From Sphaerodactylus townsendi (Eukaryota), in NCBI RefSeq assembly GCF_021028975.2, contig NC_059425.1, positions 26,040,001 to 26,104,000 of the forward strand: a stretch of 64,000 nt of DNA, in the 5' to 3' direction. Made by a program: the position numbers and the translations under genes. Below the pieces are notes generated by a model. That model saw only the letters and a list, made by a program, of their open reading frames with translations, searched no databases and had not been told where the DNA came from. Below are positions 12,560-24,015 of this stretch, piece by piece; positions within the stretch are counted from its first letter, which is position 1, and each line of letters opens with the position of its first letter.

Positions 12560-12650
12560 GGCCGTGACTTTTGTGCTGTGTCATCTTCTGCTTCGTCATA
12601 ACAAGGTGACTCATCAGAACAGTCGTCAGTCCCGAAGAGAGTCACCCTCT
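12560..12650. promoter_or_regulatory. FOSL1: Candidate FOSL1 intron-1 AP-1/ATF enhancer
   Basis: TGACTCA 12607-12613 flanked by TGTGTCA, CGTCA half-sites and GAGTCA; a further TGAGTCA at 9867-9873 and CACGTG at 9592-9597 lie earlier in intron 1. Confidence 0.5.
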
Positions 12651-13082
12651 CCGCAGACAGGGAGGGTGGGGTGCCCCTCCTCCTTCCCTTGGACCTAGTT
12701 TCAGTGCCAGCTAGGATTTCTCATCCTCTGCCTTCCTGCTCCCTTGTGAAACAACCCTGGGAACCAGCCTTACCCTAAAGAAGGGCTGCCAGGATGAATG
12801 GGATGCAGATGAAGCGGTTCAGATAGTTAATGATGATAAAAACCTGGCACTTAAAAGGTGCACCTCAAATATTCAAAGTATTTCCTGTGCACTGTCTTGG
12901 CCATCCTTACAACAGCCTTGTAAGGGAGACCTCATTATTGCGGGGGGGGGGGGAAGCTGACCCTGATAGAGAGTAGAACCTATGAAATTAATGGATAAGA
13001 TTTAAACCTGGGTCTTCTCAGTCAGCAAATTATACTTGAAACAGGCTTTATAAACATGCATGAAGCTTTTTGCTCCCCTTGT

Positions 13083-13378
13083 GAGCTAGCGTGGTGTAGT
13101 AGTGAAGAGCAGGTGCACTCTAATCTGGAGAACCGGGTTTGATTCCCCGCTCGACCACTTGAGCTGTGGAGGCTTATCTGGTGAACCGGATTAGCTTGTG
13201 CACTCCAACACCCAGCTGTGTGATCTTGGGCTAGACACAGTTCTTTGGAGCTCTCGCAGTCCTACGCACCTCACAGGGTGTTTGTTGTGGTGGGGGAAGG
13301 GAAAGGAGATCGTAAGCCCCTTTGAGTCTCCTTACAGGAGAGAAAGGTGGTGTATAAATCCAAACTCTTCTTCTTCTC
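13083..13378 (+). mobile_element. Squam3-like SINE, full length
   Basis: A box tggtgtagtagtg, B box ggtttgattcc, shared core, tcttcttct tail. Confidence 0.85.
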
Positions 13379-13526
13379 CTCTGTCTAACCTTAAGAACAT
13401 CAGAATCTACCTGTGCCCCATCAGGTCTACCTAGTCTGACTGGCCACTGCTGGAAGCAGATCACTGGACATTCACAAGAAAGGTGCAAAGACAGCAGTCC
13501 TCTTCTGTGACTGCCCCTTGTGGCTT

Positions 13527-13742
13527 ATGGTGGTGGTAGTGAGTGCTGTCAAGTCTCAGCCATTTAGGGGTGACCCAGTAGGTTTTCGAGGCACGAGACA
13601 AACAGAGGTGGTTTGCCAACGCCTGCCTTTGCACAGCCACTCTGGACTTTCTTGGTGGCTTCCCACCCAAGTACTAACCAGGGCCACTCCTGCTTACCGG
13701 TAGCTTCCTGGATCTGTTGAGATTGGGCTAGTCTAGGCCCTT
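13527..13742 (-). mobile_element. 5S rRNA-derived SINE with Sauria/BovB-like tail
   Basis: tcccacccaagtactaaccagggcc...tgctta is the reverse complement of the 5S internal control region; gtggtttgcc motif shared with the plus-strand copy at 24384. Confidence 0.65.
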
Positions 13743-13949
13743 CAGGTGAGGGCATGATCTTTAAGCACTGATAAACTTACATTTCTCCATCAATCTGTCT
13801 AACCCTTCAGCTGTCTAAATGAAAAGCGAACTCACCATCTCCAGGGGCAAGGGATCCTGTTTGTGGAGTATAAGTTATGTTAAATTCTGCTTTTCAAAAA
13901 CAGTCCAGAAGTTACTACCAATGAGGACTCTCTCCATTTATGGGCAGCA

Positions 13950-14240
13950 GTGAGAGTAGTGATTAAGAGCAGCAGGTGCATTCTAATCTGGAGAACTGGG
14001 TTTGACTCCCTGCTCTGCCACTTGAGCTGTGGAGGCTTATCTGGGGAACTAGATTAGCCTGTGCACTCCAACACACGCCAGCTGGGTGACCTTGGGCTAG
14101 TCACAGCTTTTCAAAGTTCTCTCAGCCCCACCCATCTCACAGGGTGTTTGTTGTAAGGGGGTGGGGAAGGAGATTGTAAACCACCTTGAGTCTCCTTACA
14201 GGAGAGAAAGGGGGCGTATAAATCTAAACCTCCTCCTCCC
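13950..14240 (+). mobile_element. Squam3-like SINE
   Basis: Aligns by eye with the copies at 1748 and 13083. Confidence 0.8.
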
Positions 14241-15465
14241 CCTTTTATTTATGCCCCTACACTATTCATAATTTGAAGTCGATCCATTAAACCTAGAGTC
14301 CTGCCTCCTTAGAAAAAGCTTCCTTGGGAACCTGGGTAGTCTTTTTGGTGTGTTGCCAGTCTGACTACTTCCCCCCCCATTCCATGTTTAACCGTTAGAT
14401 TCCATTTGCAGTGGAGCAATCAGATCTGTCAACCTGCTGTAATCTCTGGATCACCTCCCCAACCCTGGCAAGAGAACCCGGGAGTTTGAGCTGCCAGCCC
14501 ACATCGGGCCATGTTGCATTGTGCAAGGAGCTGGTATTAGGGGGGCTATCGGAACTGCCCCACCCGTACCTGGCCAGAGGCATCTGCAAATCTTTCCCAG
14601 GGAGCAGGCTAATTCTGTGCTTGTTTGAATGCCTCACCCAGTAGGTAGGTCAAAGTGATGCAAGCAGCCACACAGCTGGCTAGGGAGTGACTCTTCAAAG
14701 GTGTGCCAGGATGCTCTGGGGCAAGGCAGAGGCTACCGGAGAACTAGCTCAAGGGGTGCAAAGAGGACACTGTGTGTATAAGGCAACCGGAAGGTTCTTT
14801 CACCTGTCTTGTGAATGTTAACTGCCTTTATGAATTGAGCCAAGAGGAAAAGTGGTCTATAAAGATTTGAATAAACAAATTATCCAGTATGCTGTGTTCA
14901 TTGCCAGATGTCTGGCCTGGAACTGACAATGTTTCTGACCATGTAAAGGGTGCTGTTTCTATTCAGTTAACTAATTGAGGAAGGCAGGCTTGATCCAAGA
15001 CATATTGATTCCCAAGGTGGAATATATGGTCCAATCCTCTCTTCCCTAATGCAGTTGCTGGAGTGGACAGCAATAGGTGATAGCTAGTGCCTGCTTGCAC
15101 CGATTGTGGGCTTCCTGACTGACCAATGCTGGAAACTGACTGACTGACCAATGCTCACTGACCAATGCTGGAAACAGCATGGACTGGGTAGACCTTTGGA
15201 CTGATCTGATGCAACTCTTTGGATATTCTTAAATTAATGGGAGTGGCCTGAAAGATTTCTCACACCACGGCATAGGTCTCATGGATTTGAACCATGCCAC
15301 TTGCTCTTGGGAATTCCCCTGGGTGATTTGAAGGGTGGAGAGTGCAAAGGGTTTAAGGTTCGGTCCTTGGCTTCTCCGGTTGAAACTAGCAGGTGTTGAG
15401 GGGCGAGACCTCTTTTCTTCCTTGGCTGGAGACCCACTGCTTTCAAAGGAGACAATGCTGAGCTA

Positions 15466-15618
15466 AGCCCCGTCCACACATGCAGAATAATGCACTTTCA
15501 ATCCACTTTCAATGCACTTTGCAGCTGTATTTTACTGGGCAGAGTAGGAAAATCCACTTGCAAACAATTGTGAAAGTGGACTGAAAGTGCATTATTCTGC
15601 ATGTGTGGAAGGGGCCCT
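15466..15618. mobile_element. Palindromic MITE of about 150 bp (PIF/Harbinger-like); family copies at 22579-22720 and 38724-38865
   Basis: Arms ccacacatgcagaataatgcactttca / tgaaagtgcattattctgcatgtgtgg; the other copies are near-identical to each other in opposite orientation. Confidence 0.75.
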
Positions 15619-16977
15619 AGATGAACCTAGGGTCTGACTCTGCACAAGACACTTCTTCCTGGCTACCCATTGGAAAAGTCCTTGCTGGGACTTTCAGGCT
15701 GTGGAATTTGGGGCATTCCCATCCCTTGACACACCTACTCTTATGGTCAGCAAAGGGAGGAGTCAGCAAAAGAACCAGGCCCACCAGCCATAATCTTCCT
15801 GCATCTGAAGATCCAGCACGGTAAAGTGGTTAAAGGGTTGGGAAACGCAGGTTCGAATCCCCCCACTCTGCCATGAAAACTTGGCTGACTTTGGGCCAGT
15901 CACACATTCTCAGCCTTGACCCTGGCAATGATTGAAGTGGTCCAGCCCAGCCATGGGTCAGCCTCCTCAGTGAACACAGGGCCTTGCTGTCTGATGGCTT
16001 CTGCATTCTCGGATGCTGATAGATGAAAAAGCAGGCCATAGTTCCGTAGTGATCATACATGTGGTTAGTTGGAGCCACTGGTTGTGCTTAACATTTGACT
16101 TTCTGCAACCATCAGACAATCAAATGTTACTGGTTGGGGTGGGGGGTGGGGGGCAGGCTGGTGAAAACTGAAAGTCTGGGTGCTGCAGCGAAACCATGTA
16201 AAAGATTGATTTAATTAAATAAGGGCGAGGCAGTGTCAAAATGCTCTGTGCTTCCACAGCCTCTCACTGCCTTGGTTCTCCTGGCGCAAAACCTGCTGCA
16301 TGTCCCCTGGAGCATAGAAACATAGAGCTGGAAGAGACCCCCAAGGGCCATCCAGTCCAAGCTCCTGCAAACGCAGGAAATTCACAGCTACCCCTTCACT
16401 TCCCAGAGGAAGGCAAAAAACTTCCAGGATCTCTGGCCTGGAGGAAGATTCCTTCCTGGCCCCGCTGTGATGATCGGCATGATCCTGGACGTGTAATTGG
16501 CCCATGAGAGCCAAGCCAAGTTTGGGCTCATCCCTCCTGGCCCTCCCTCTCATGGTCTGCCTAAATTCACAGAATGGATTAAATTCGGTAGCATCCTATC
16601 TGGGGTTTTTCCTTCTGTTTTCCTCATTAAAAGTCGCTTATTTATTCGCCTCATTTATTCCCTGTCTTTCTCTCCCCCCCCCCCCCATGGGGACCTAAAG
16701 TAGCTGACAACATTCTTTTCCTTCTCTGTTTCATCCTTAGAGGCCAGGTCCTTTAGGGAAAACGTGAGAACTGAAAAAGCCAGGGAGAAGAGAATACTCA
16801 CGATGGGGCAGCCCCTCCCGTGGCTATCCTAAACCTTTGAGAACATGTAAAGAGTGCCTTGTTCTTCAAGACAGAGTTATTGCAGGCCGTTTGTGCACAG
16901 ATCAGGGGGCCCTGACTTCCAAGCCGCTGTAGGCACAAGAACATCTATCTGCTAACCCTCTGCCTCTCTTCCTGCAG

Positions 16978-17229
16978 AAGTACCCATCTGATCCGGGGGC
17001 AGGACCTAGTAGCAGCAGTGGCTTGGTCCCCAGTCTCAACACTGTCACCACCAGCCACGATCTCCAGTGGATGGTCCAGCCCACACTAATGGGTGCCTCT
17101 CCGGGAATCCCCCCATATCCACGGCCCTACCGCTGTCCACACGACTTGGCCAATTTGAGTAGAATTCGACCTGGCGTGATCCGCACTACATACCCTGTCT
17201 TAACATCCCGGAGGCGTCATTCAGATCAT
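16978..17229 (+). CDS. FOSL1: FOSL1 coding exon 2
   Basis: Acceptor cctgcag|AAG; KYPSDPG...LVPSLNTVTTSHDLQWMVQPTL...RPGVIRT...RRRHSDH; donor |GTGAGT; 252 nt, phase 0-0; Fos-family LQWMVQP and RPGVIR motifs. Confidence 0.93.
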
Positions 17230-17440
17230 GTGAGTATCTGGGAGAAAGAAGGGAATTATTTCTTTCCAGGGAAGGCAGTTGAAGAACATTTAGTTTTTTC
17301 CTCTGTGCGTGTATGTGGCTAAAATGTTTTTTTCCCAAAGGTTGCTCCCCCCCCCATTCCTAATAGAGCAGATCCAAAGTAATTGCTAATGCTTCTGCTC
17401 TGCTTCACCTCTATTGGTTCCAGATTTCTAGAAGTCATAT

Positions 17441-17723
17441 TGGTCATTTCCCCACTTACCGTCTGCTGCGCGCTACTCTCCCCAAGTAGCACGGGGTCCC
17501 GCGGCACTCCCCACTACAGGGGCGTCGACAACGCAGCTGCCCCGACGCTGCCGCTCTCGAGCCCCCTCAGCGCGCGTCATTCCTGGTGCTCCTCAAAACG
17601 GCGCATTTTGATGACCCCGCGCAGAGCGCAGGGTCGTGGGGAAGCCCGGGAGCTCGCCAGAAATGACGCGCGCTGAGAGTAGCGCGCAGCAAAGGGTGGT
17701 CGAGGTAAGTGGGGAAACGACCA
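17441..17723. mobile_element. Palindromic GC-rich MITE (same family as 4036-4293 and 36203-36475)
   Basis: TIRs tggtcatttccccacttacc / ggtaagtggggaaacgacca; internal sequence shared with the other two copies. Confidence 0.8.
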
Positions 17724-17741
17724 TTGTTACACTGTCTATTG

Positions 17742-17932
17742 CAGCGGTTCTCAACCTGTGAGTCACGACCCCTTTGGTGGTCGAACGACCCTTTCACAGG
17801 GGTCGCCTAAGACCATCGGAAAACACATATTTCCAATGGAACCGAGACACAAATAATTTTATGGCTGGGGGTCACCACAACATGAGGAACTGTATTAAAG
17901 GGTCGCGGCATTAGGAAGGTTGAGAACCACTA
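17742..17932 (+). mobile_element. SPIN (Space Invader)/URR1-like non-autonomous hAT MITE
   Basis: cagcggttctcaacctgtg...gaccctttcacaggggtcgcctaagaccatcggaaaacac...gggggtcaccacaacatgaggaactgtattaaagggtcgcggcattaggaaggttgagaaccact matches SPIN/URR1 ends as I recall them; 8-bp TSD gtctattg/gtttattg. Confidence 0.85.
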
Positions 17933-18264
17933 GTTTATTGGATGTCCCGCCTTGTATATTGTATTGACTTTTCTGTGTGATCTGCCTTGAGTCTCAATGA
18001 GAAAGGGAGACTATAAATAATGCAAGCATATAAAAATAAGCAGCCTTCCTCTAAGACAAGCCTCCAAATCCCTGGAATGTGCAGAGCACTGAGGAGAGAC
18101 TTTGAGAATATGCAAAATGCCTTTCCAGTAGCATTGCAGTCAAGAGTATAAAGCGACTTGGAGGGCTGAAGGTACTACTGTACCACCTTGGTTATAGCTG
18201 TTGCCAACTTTTTAACTAGTGGTTGAGTTTGTGTGCCTTTCTGAGCCCTGAGAGGCACAGATTC

Positions 18265-18567
18265 AGAAGAAGAGGAGGAGTTTGGATTTATGCCCCACCT
18301 TTCTCTCCTGTAAGGAGACTCAAGGTGGCTTACAAGCTCCTTTCCCTTCCTCTCCCCACAACAGACACCTTGTAAGGTAGGTGGGGCTGAGAGAGTTCTG
18401 AATGAACTGTGACTAGCCCAGGGTCACCCAGCAGGAATGTAGGAGTGCGAAAACACATCTGGTTCACCAGATAAGCCTCTGCCACTTGGGTGGAGGAGTG
18501 GGGAATCAAACCTGGTGCTCCAGATTAGAATCCATTTGCTCTTAACCACTGCACCATCCTGGCTCTC
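18265..18567 (-). mobile_element. Squam3-like SINE, full length
   Basis: Highly similar to 11814-12113, same orientation. Confidence 0.85.
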
Positions 18568-19129
18568 AGGTGCCGGTGCCTCTTGTAACTTGGAGATGGC
18601 AGTGGTTACAGAATCATAGAGTTGGAAGGGGCCATACAGGCCATCTAACCCAACTCTCTGCTCAATGCCGGATCAGCTTGAAGCATCCTTGACAAGTCTT
18701 CATCCAACTGTTACTTGAAGGCTGCACTTTTCTAAGCAGCTGATTCCACTGCTGAACCACTCTTACTGTAAAATATGGAATCATAGAGTTGGAAAGAGCC
18801 TGTTGAACTACAGCTTATTTTACTGTTAAAGATATGACATCTCTGGCAGGAGAACAGGTGGCAACCAGAACAGGAATCAGCTTCTTTTTCCCATCCTGTT
18901 TTCTGTCGAGGACCAAAGTCTTTTTGTGTGTGGCAAGGGCGCCCTCTAGTGTTCATCATCAACATTATTTGGTGCATCAGTACCAGGCAGGTGGCTTCCT
19001 TGATTGACTAAGGCAGGGGTCCCCAACTTCTTTCAGCCTGTGGGCACCTTTGGAATTCTGACACAGCAGAGTGGGGCGCAGCTACAAAATGGCTGCTGTA
19101 AGAAACAGGGCTAGCTGGTGTCAAAGTGA

Positions 19130-19405
19130 AGGTAAAGTTTCCCCTTCAGTCGTGTTCGACCCTGGGGTACCACTGTAAGCAGTGATTTCATAGGCAAGCC
19201 ATTTTTGTGGGGTAGTTTGCCATTGCTTTCCCCGGCTATTCTTTTCCCCCTAGCTGTGTGCTAGGTACTCATTTACCGACCAAGGAATGGATGGATGGCT
19301 GAGTTGAGCATGAGCCAGCTGCCAGGATATCTGACCCACAGGGGCTCGAACTCCTGACTGTGTGAGTGGCAGGGCAATCACTTAACCGCTATGCCATGCG
19401 GCTCC
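19130..19405 (-). mobile_element. Sauria-SINE-like element nested in a decayed hAT MITE (starting at 19014); related copy at about 52905-53195
   Basis: ggtactcatttaccgacc...ggatggatggctgagt and ctcgaactc...cttaaccgctatgcca motifs; caggggtccccaac TIR-like start at 19014. Confidence 0.6.
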
Positions 19406-20438
19406 TTAATTAAATTCTGTACCATTTAAATTTCCAAAGGCCAATCAGAAGCCCTCCTGGGTAAAAGCCCCACCCACTTTCTAATAACACTTGCAGGTAC
19501 CCAGAAAGGGGTTGACTGGCACCACATTGGACCGAAGGGACCAATTTAGAACTACTAGTTTCTGGTTTTGCAATTATTGCTAAACTTCTAAAATAGAAAG
19601 TATTATGGTTCAAAGACCACTTGGGGGAAATCCTAAGAATGTAAGGAACCCCGCAGGATCCAACCATAGCTCCAGCTGGTTCAATGTCTCTGTTTTTAAC
19701 AGGGGCCAACTTGGTGCCTCCAGAATGTATACGAGGCAGGATATGAAGGAAACAGCCCTCCCCTATTTATTCCCTAGTATATTACATTCTGGAGCATATT
19801 TCTTCTGAACACCACCACATCAAAGTTAGTTTCAGGTGGGTAGCCATGTTGGTCTGTAGTAGATCAAGGTTCGAATCCAGTAGTATCTTAAAGACGAATG
19901 AGATTTCCAGGGTTCAAACTTTAGAGGGAGCGTTGACTCTTCAAAGCTTATTTCCTGGCAACCTTGTTGGTCTTTAAGGAGCTTCTGTGCTCTAATCCTG
20001 CCTATCTAAGCTAGTGGACTATACTGTAATGGGCCCGTGAGTTCCACATGTTAATTCTGCATTATAAAAAGTACTTTGGTCTTTACCGATTGCAGTCATG
20101 CCTTCAGACCTGTACGTTTTGGCCTAAAAGCTCTTCCATCTATGATAAGGGGAACCAGCTAGAATTACTTGCTGAAAAGGATGCTGTTGATCTGTTGGTG
20201 CTTTGATGTATCTTTGAACACCACTCTGTGGCTTTGTAAGAGAGGTCAAACTCTGGCTCCTTTCCTCCTTCCCTCTATACCCCATCCCTGGCTCCTCCTT
20301 TAGGCTAGAAAGATGCTCAAAGTCCCAATGGGAATGGTCTTGAAGTGCACAATGGCAGATGAGGGCAAAGAAAAGGGTGCAGACAACAGCTTTGTTTGTG
20401 ACCCATGTTGTTTGACTGGTGTGCTTAATTCTTTATAG

Positions 20439-20546
20439 CCTACGCCAGAAGAGGAGGAGCGCCGCCGATTGCGGCGAGAGAGGAACAAATTGGCAGCTGC
20501 AAAATGCCGGAACCGTCGGAAAGAGCTGACAGACTCCTTGCAAGTG
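20439..20546 (+). CDS. FOSL1: FOSL1 coding exon 3 (basic DNA-binding region)
   Basis: ttatag|CCT; [36 protein letters not shown]; |GTAAGT; 108 nt. Confidence 0.97.
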
Positions 20547-21208
20547 GTAAGTGAGCCTCTGGTACTCCGAGGGCAGCACAGGCCAACACGGGCCTGCTGA
20601 CTAGTGGCAGTGATTGGTGGCAGGGCAGCAATCAGCAGGCAGGGCCTCAAACAATGCTCAGGGCACAACAGAGACAACAATAGGGGGAAAGACTGGTCCC
20701 TGCCCTACAGAGCTTACAGTTTGCATCGTTTTGACAGAGGCAGGATCAGACCCGGAGGGTTAGCAAGAGAAAAGGATTGGGGTGAAGGAATATCTGTGGC
20801 TGTATCCTGGTGGCAGTGCTTTTCCATGTTCCTTCTGCTGCAAATGCAGAGGCATTCTCAGCCGCAGAACAGAACCCCCGTGGCAATTTGGCCTGTATTT
20901 TCCTTGACTCAGCACCCCACTCATCCTTTAAAAAATAAATAAACCCACAGTTGGCTGTCACTGTAGCATAAAGTCATTTTCCGCGTTGTGAAAGGGCAGG
21001 AGATCTCCAGGCAGGTTTGCTGAACAGGCTAATTCGTTTTAATTACAGTATTATGTGTTTTTTTTCCAAAACGTCGTTCAGCCAATGAATCAGTTAGCGG
21101 CCCCTGAACCCCAGGGTTCCTAGCTTAGCACTGTCTGGTAGCTGGGGACCCAGCCCTCCAGCCATTAATCCCACTTTCCCATTTTTGTATCTCTTTCTTT
21201 CTCCAAAG

Positions 21209-21700
21209 GAAACAGACCAACTGGAGTCGGAGCAGTCCACCCTGCAGAAGGAGATAGCAGAGCTACAGAAGCAGAAGGACCGCCTGGAGCTGGTCCTAGC
21301 AGCCCATCGCCCTGCCTGCAAAATCCCAGATGACTCCTCGGGTGATGATGAAGAGGAAAGAAGTGAGAGGCCCGCCACCTCTGCCCCCCTTCCAGACAAG
21401 CCAGAGTCTCCGCCAGGCCCCAGTGCCCCCCGACGAGCAGCTCCGGTGCCCCCCTGCATCACTTTGCCCCCTACGGGTATCCTGGAACCAGAAGCACTGC
21501 ATACTCCCACCCTGATGGCCACACCTTCTCTTACCCCCTTCACCCCCAGCCTAATCTTCACCTACCCTGCACCAGGGGACCCTGAGGAGCCCTCTAGTTC
21601 TGGCTTCCCTCATGAGCCCTGTTCATCTGCCCATCGACGCAGTAGCAGCGGGGACCACTCCTCTGACTCGCTCAATTCCCCAAACTTGCTGGCACTCTAA
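21209..21700 (+). CDS. FOSL1: FOSL1 coding exon 4 (leucine zipper, DEF motif FTYP, C-terminal phospho-regulated tail)
   Basis: ccaaag|GAA; [40 protein letters not shown]...[27 protein letters not shown]...[21 protein letters not shown]; the [17 protein letters not shown] motif and neighbouring genes identify FOSL1; total 316 aa. Confidence 0.97.
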   Translation, partial: ETDQLESEQSTLQKEIAELQKQKDRLELVLAAHRPACKIPDDSSGDDEEERSERPATSAPLPDKPESPPGPSAPRRAAPVPPCITLPPTGILEPEALHTPTLMATPSLTPFTPSLIFTYPAPGDPEEPSSSGFPHEPCSSAHRRSSSGDHSSDSLNSPNLLAL

Positions 21701-22392
21701 GGAACTAGGCCGTCTCTCTCCCTCCTGGGGTGGTCTGCCGCTCCTCTTCTGCTCTGGATTGTTTTTGCTATGTTCCAGAGTTCCTCTAGCTGCCTGCACC
21801 TCACCAGGGAGTTTTGCTTTCCCACTCTGAGGACTTGACAGGCTTCTTGCTCCTGTTTCTGCATCAAGGTACTGGTCAAGTTGCCAGTCCTCAGGAAGGT
21901 TCAGGCAATGGCTTACGGTGAAGAGGAAAAAAGCATTCCTTCCAGAACAGTAGAACTATGGCCATCATTCATTCACTTTTTGATACATATTTTTCACTCC
22001 ATGTCTTTTGCCTTCTGGAACCACCATCACCCCCACCTCATGTTCAGAGGAGATCCCGAGATCATTCCCTTCCCCACCAGTCTGTTTCTTCCACATCTGA
22101 CTCCGTTTCACAGCCAGAATTGCCTGCAGCCTCCTGGATGAGGTGGGGTATCTGTTACATGTCAAGAACTTCTCCTCAAGCGCAGAGAGTGGCTCAATGC
22201 AGAGAAATATTTTTTTATTGTACACTTGTATTTGCCCCCTCCCCAACTTATTTCTTGTGGAAATAATTATATGACGAATTATTGCCCAAGAGTCCTTATG
22301 TGTCGTGTATCCTCTGTGGATGTGAGAGGCTGTGGCGGCCATTTTGGCTGGGCTGCGGATCTTTGTCGACAAAGCTTGTCAAGAAATAGGTT

Positions 22393-22398
22393 AATAAA
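22393..22398 (+). terminator. FOSL1: Probable FOSL1 polyadenylation signal
   Basis: First AATAAA I found after the stop, about 690 nt downstream. Confidence 0.55.
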
Positions 22399-23019
22399 AA
22401 TAGCACACAGAAGATAAACTTTGTTCTAAAAAATAATGCTGTAAGGTCTGAAACAGTTGCAGAAGAGCTGTTAATTGTATGTGGGGGGGACACGGAAAGG
22501 TTAGAAGGGGGATCCTCTTGTGAATTTGAAAACCATGTTGGTTGCTCTAATGAGGGGACACAGCTTGATCACTCACACAGGCTCATTCCGCACATGCAGA
22601 ATAATGCCCTTTCAAACTGCTTTCAGTGCTCTTTGAAGCTGTGCGGGATAGCAAAATCCACTTGCAAACAGTTGTGAAAGAGGTTTGAAAATGCATTATT
22701 TTGTGTGTGCGGAAGGGGCCACAGTTAACATTAGCGACATGGATTTTACGGAATCAGAATTCCTTCATAGTTATATAAATTGAAAATCTTGGGTTTCCTT
22801 AAAGAAAAGGTAAATATGTAGTCTTTATGCACTAAAAAGAACTAAAAAGGGGACAAAATGGGAATACTGGGTCAGTGGGTAGGAAAGAAGTTCAGAAACA
22901 AAGCAGGGGGATTTCCTCGAACACTGTCCAGTGTTACAGTTGGTACAGAATGCTGTAGCCAAAATGTTTACTGGAGCGAGTCGACGGCACAATATCATTC
23001 CAGTTTTGTGTCATCTACA

Positions 23020-23297
23020 CCATGGTGTAGTGGTAAAGAGTAGTGGACTCTAATCTGAAGAACTGGGTTTGATTCCCCACTCCTCCACATGAGGGGCAGA
23101 CTCTTATTTGGTGAACTGGATTTGTTTCCCCACTCCTTCACATGGAACCTGCTGGGTGACCTTGGGCTAGTCACAGTTCCCGCAGAACTCTCTCAGCACC
23201 ACCTGCCTCACAAGGTGTCTGTTGTGGGGAGAGGAAGGGAAAGCCGCTGAGTCTCCTTACAGGAGAGAAAAGTGGGGTATAAATCCAAACTCTTCTT
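23020..23297 (+). mobile_element. Squam3-like SINE
   Basis: tggtgtagtggt head, shared core, tataaatccaaactcttc tail. Confidence 0.8.
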
Positions 23298-23599
23298 TTT
23301 CTACACTTCCTCCCAATTTGCTTCCAGGCCAATTCAGGGTGCTGATTTTGACCTTCAAAGCCATATATGGTTTGGGTGCCCAACCTTTTTGAGCCTGTGG
23401 GCACAGCACAGTGAACACAACAACAAAATGGCTACTGCAGGAGGCGGGGCCAGCCAAAAAATGATTGCCAGTAACACAGTGTAGATCTTTCTGCTGTGTT
23501 GGCGGCTGTTACCAAGGCAATATTTAACTAAATCTACACAGCCAGTCAGAAACCCTGGTGGGTGCCATGGTACCCACAGACATCACATTAGGGACCCCT

Positions 23600-24015
23600 G
23601 CTTGAGGCCAGCATGCTTTAAGGAGCTATGTCTCTCATATGATCCTGTCTGGTCAACTTTGCAGGCAGAGGCTAGGTGGGTGCAGAGGCTAGATGGGTGG
23701 TAACCCAAGAAAGGGCCTTCTCAGTTGTGGCACCAAAACGTTGGAACTCCCTCCCTAGGAAGCTTCATCTTGCCTCTATGTGTCTTCTGTCAGTGGGTGA
23801 AGACTTTTGTTTTTGTTTTCTTTGGCATACCTCCAATAACTGTTCTTGCCCTTCCCCTCTGGTTTTAGTGTTATATTTGTGTTTATATATTTTTACAGAA
23901 TTGGTTTATATGAATTTTATTTTAAATTCTATCACGTTGAAATGTTTTAATGTATGCCACCCTGGGGTCCCTACTTGGCTGGAAACGTGGCATTGAAATG
24001 TTTAAAATAAATAAC
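23600..24015 (+). mobile_element. LINE L2 3' fragment
   Basis: Translates as ERAFSVVAPKRWNSLP (L2 ORF2 C-terminal motif), followed by a T-rich 3' UTR and aaataaata tail. Confidence 0.65.

Noticed and set aside
21094-21561. 155-aa minus ORF
   Set aside because: Antisense shadow of FOSL1 exon 4
22334-22346. YY1-like GCGGCCATTTT motif in the FOSL1 3' UTR
   Set aside because: The same caaaatggc motif recurs within decayed hAT MITEs (about 19085 and 23424), so it may be repeat-derived; no promoter context
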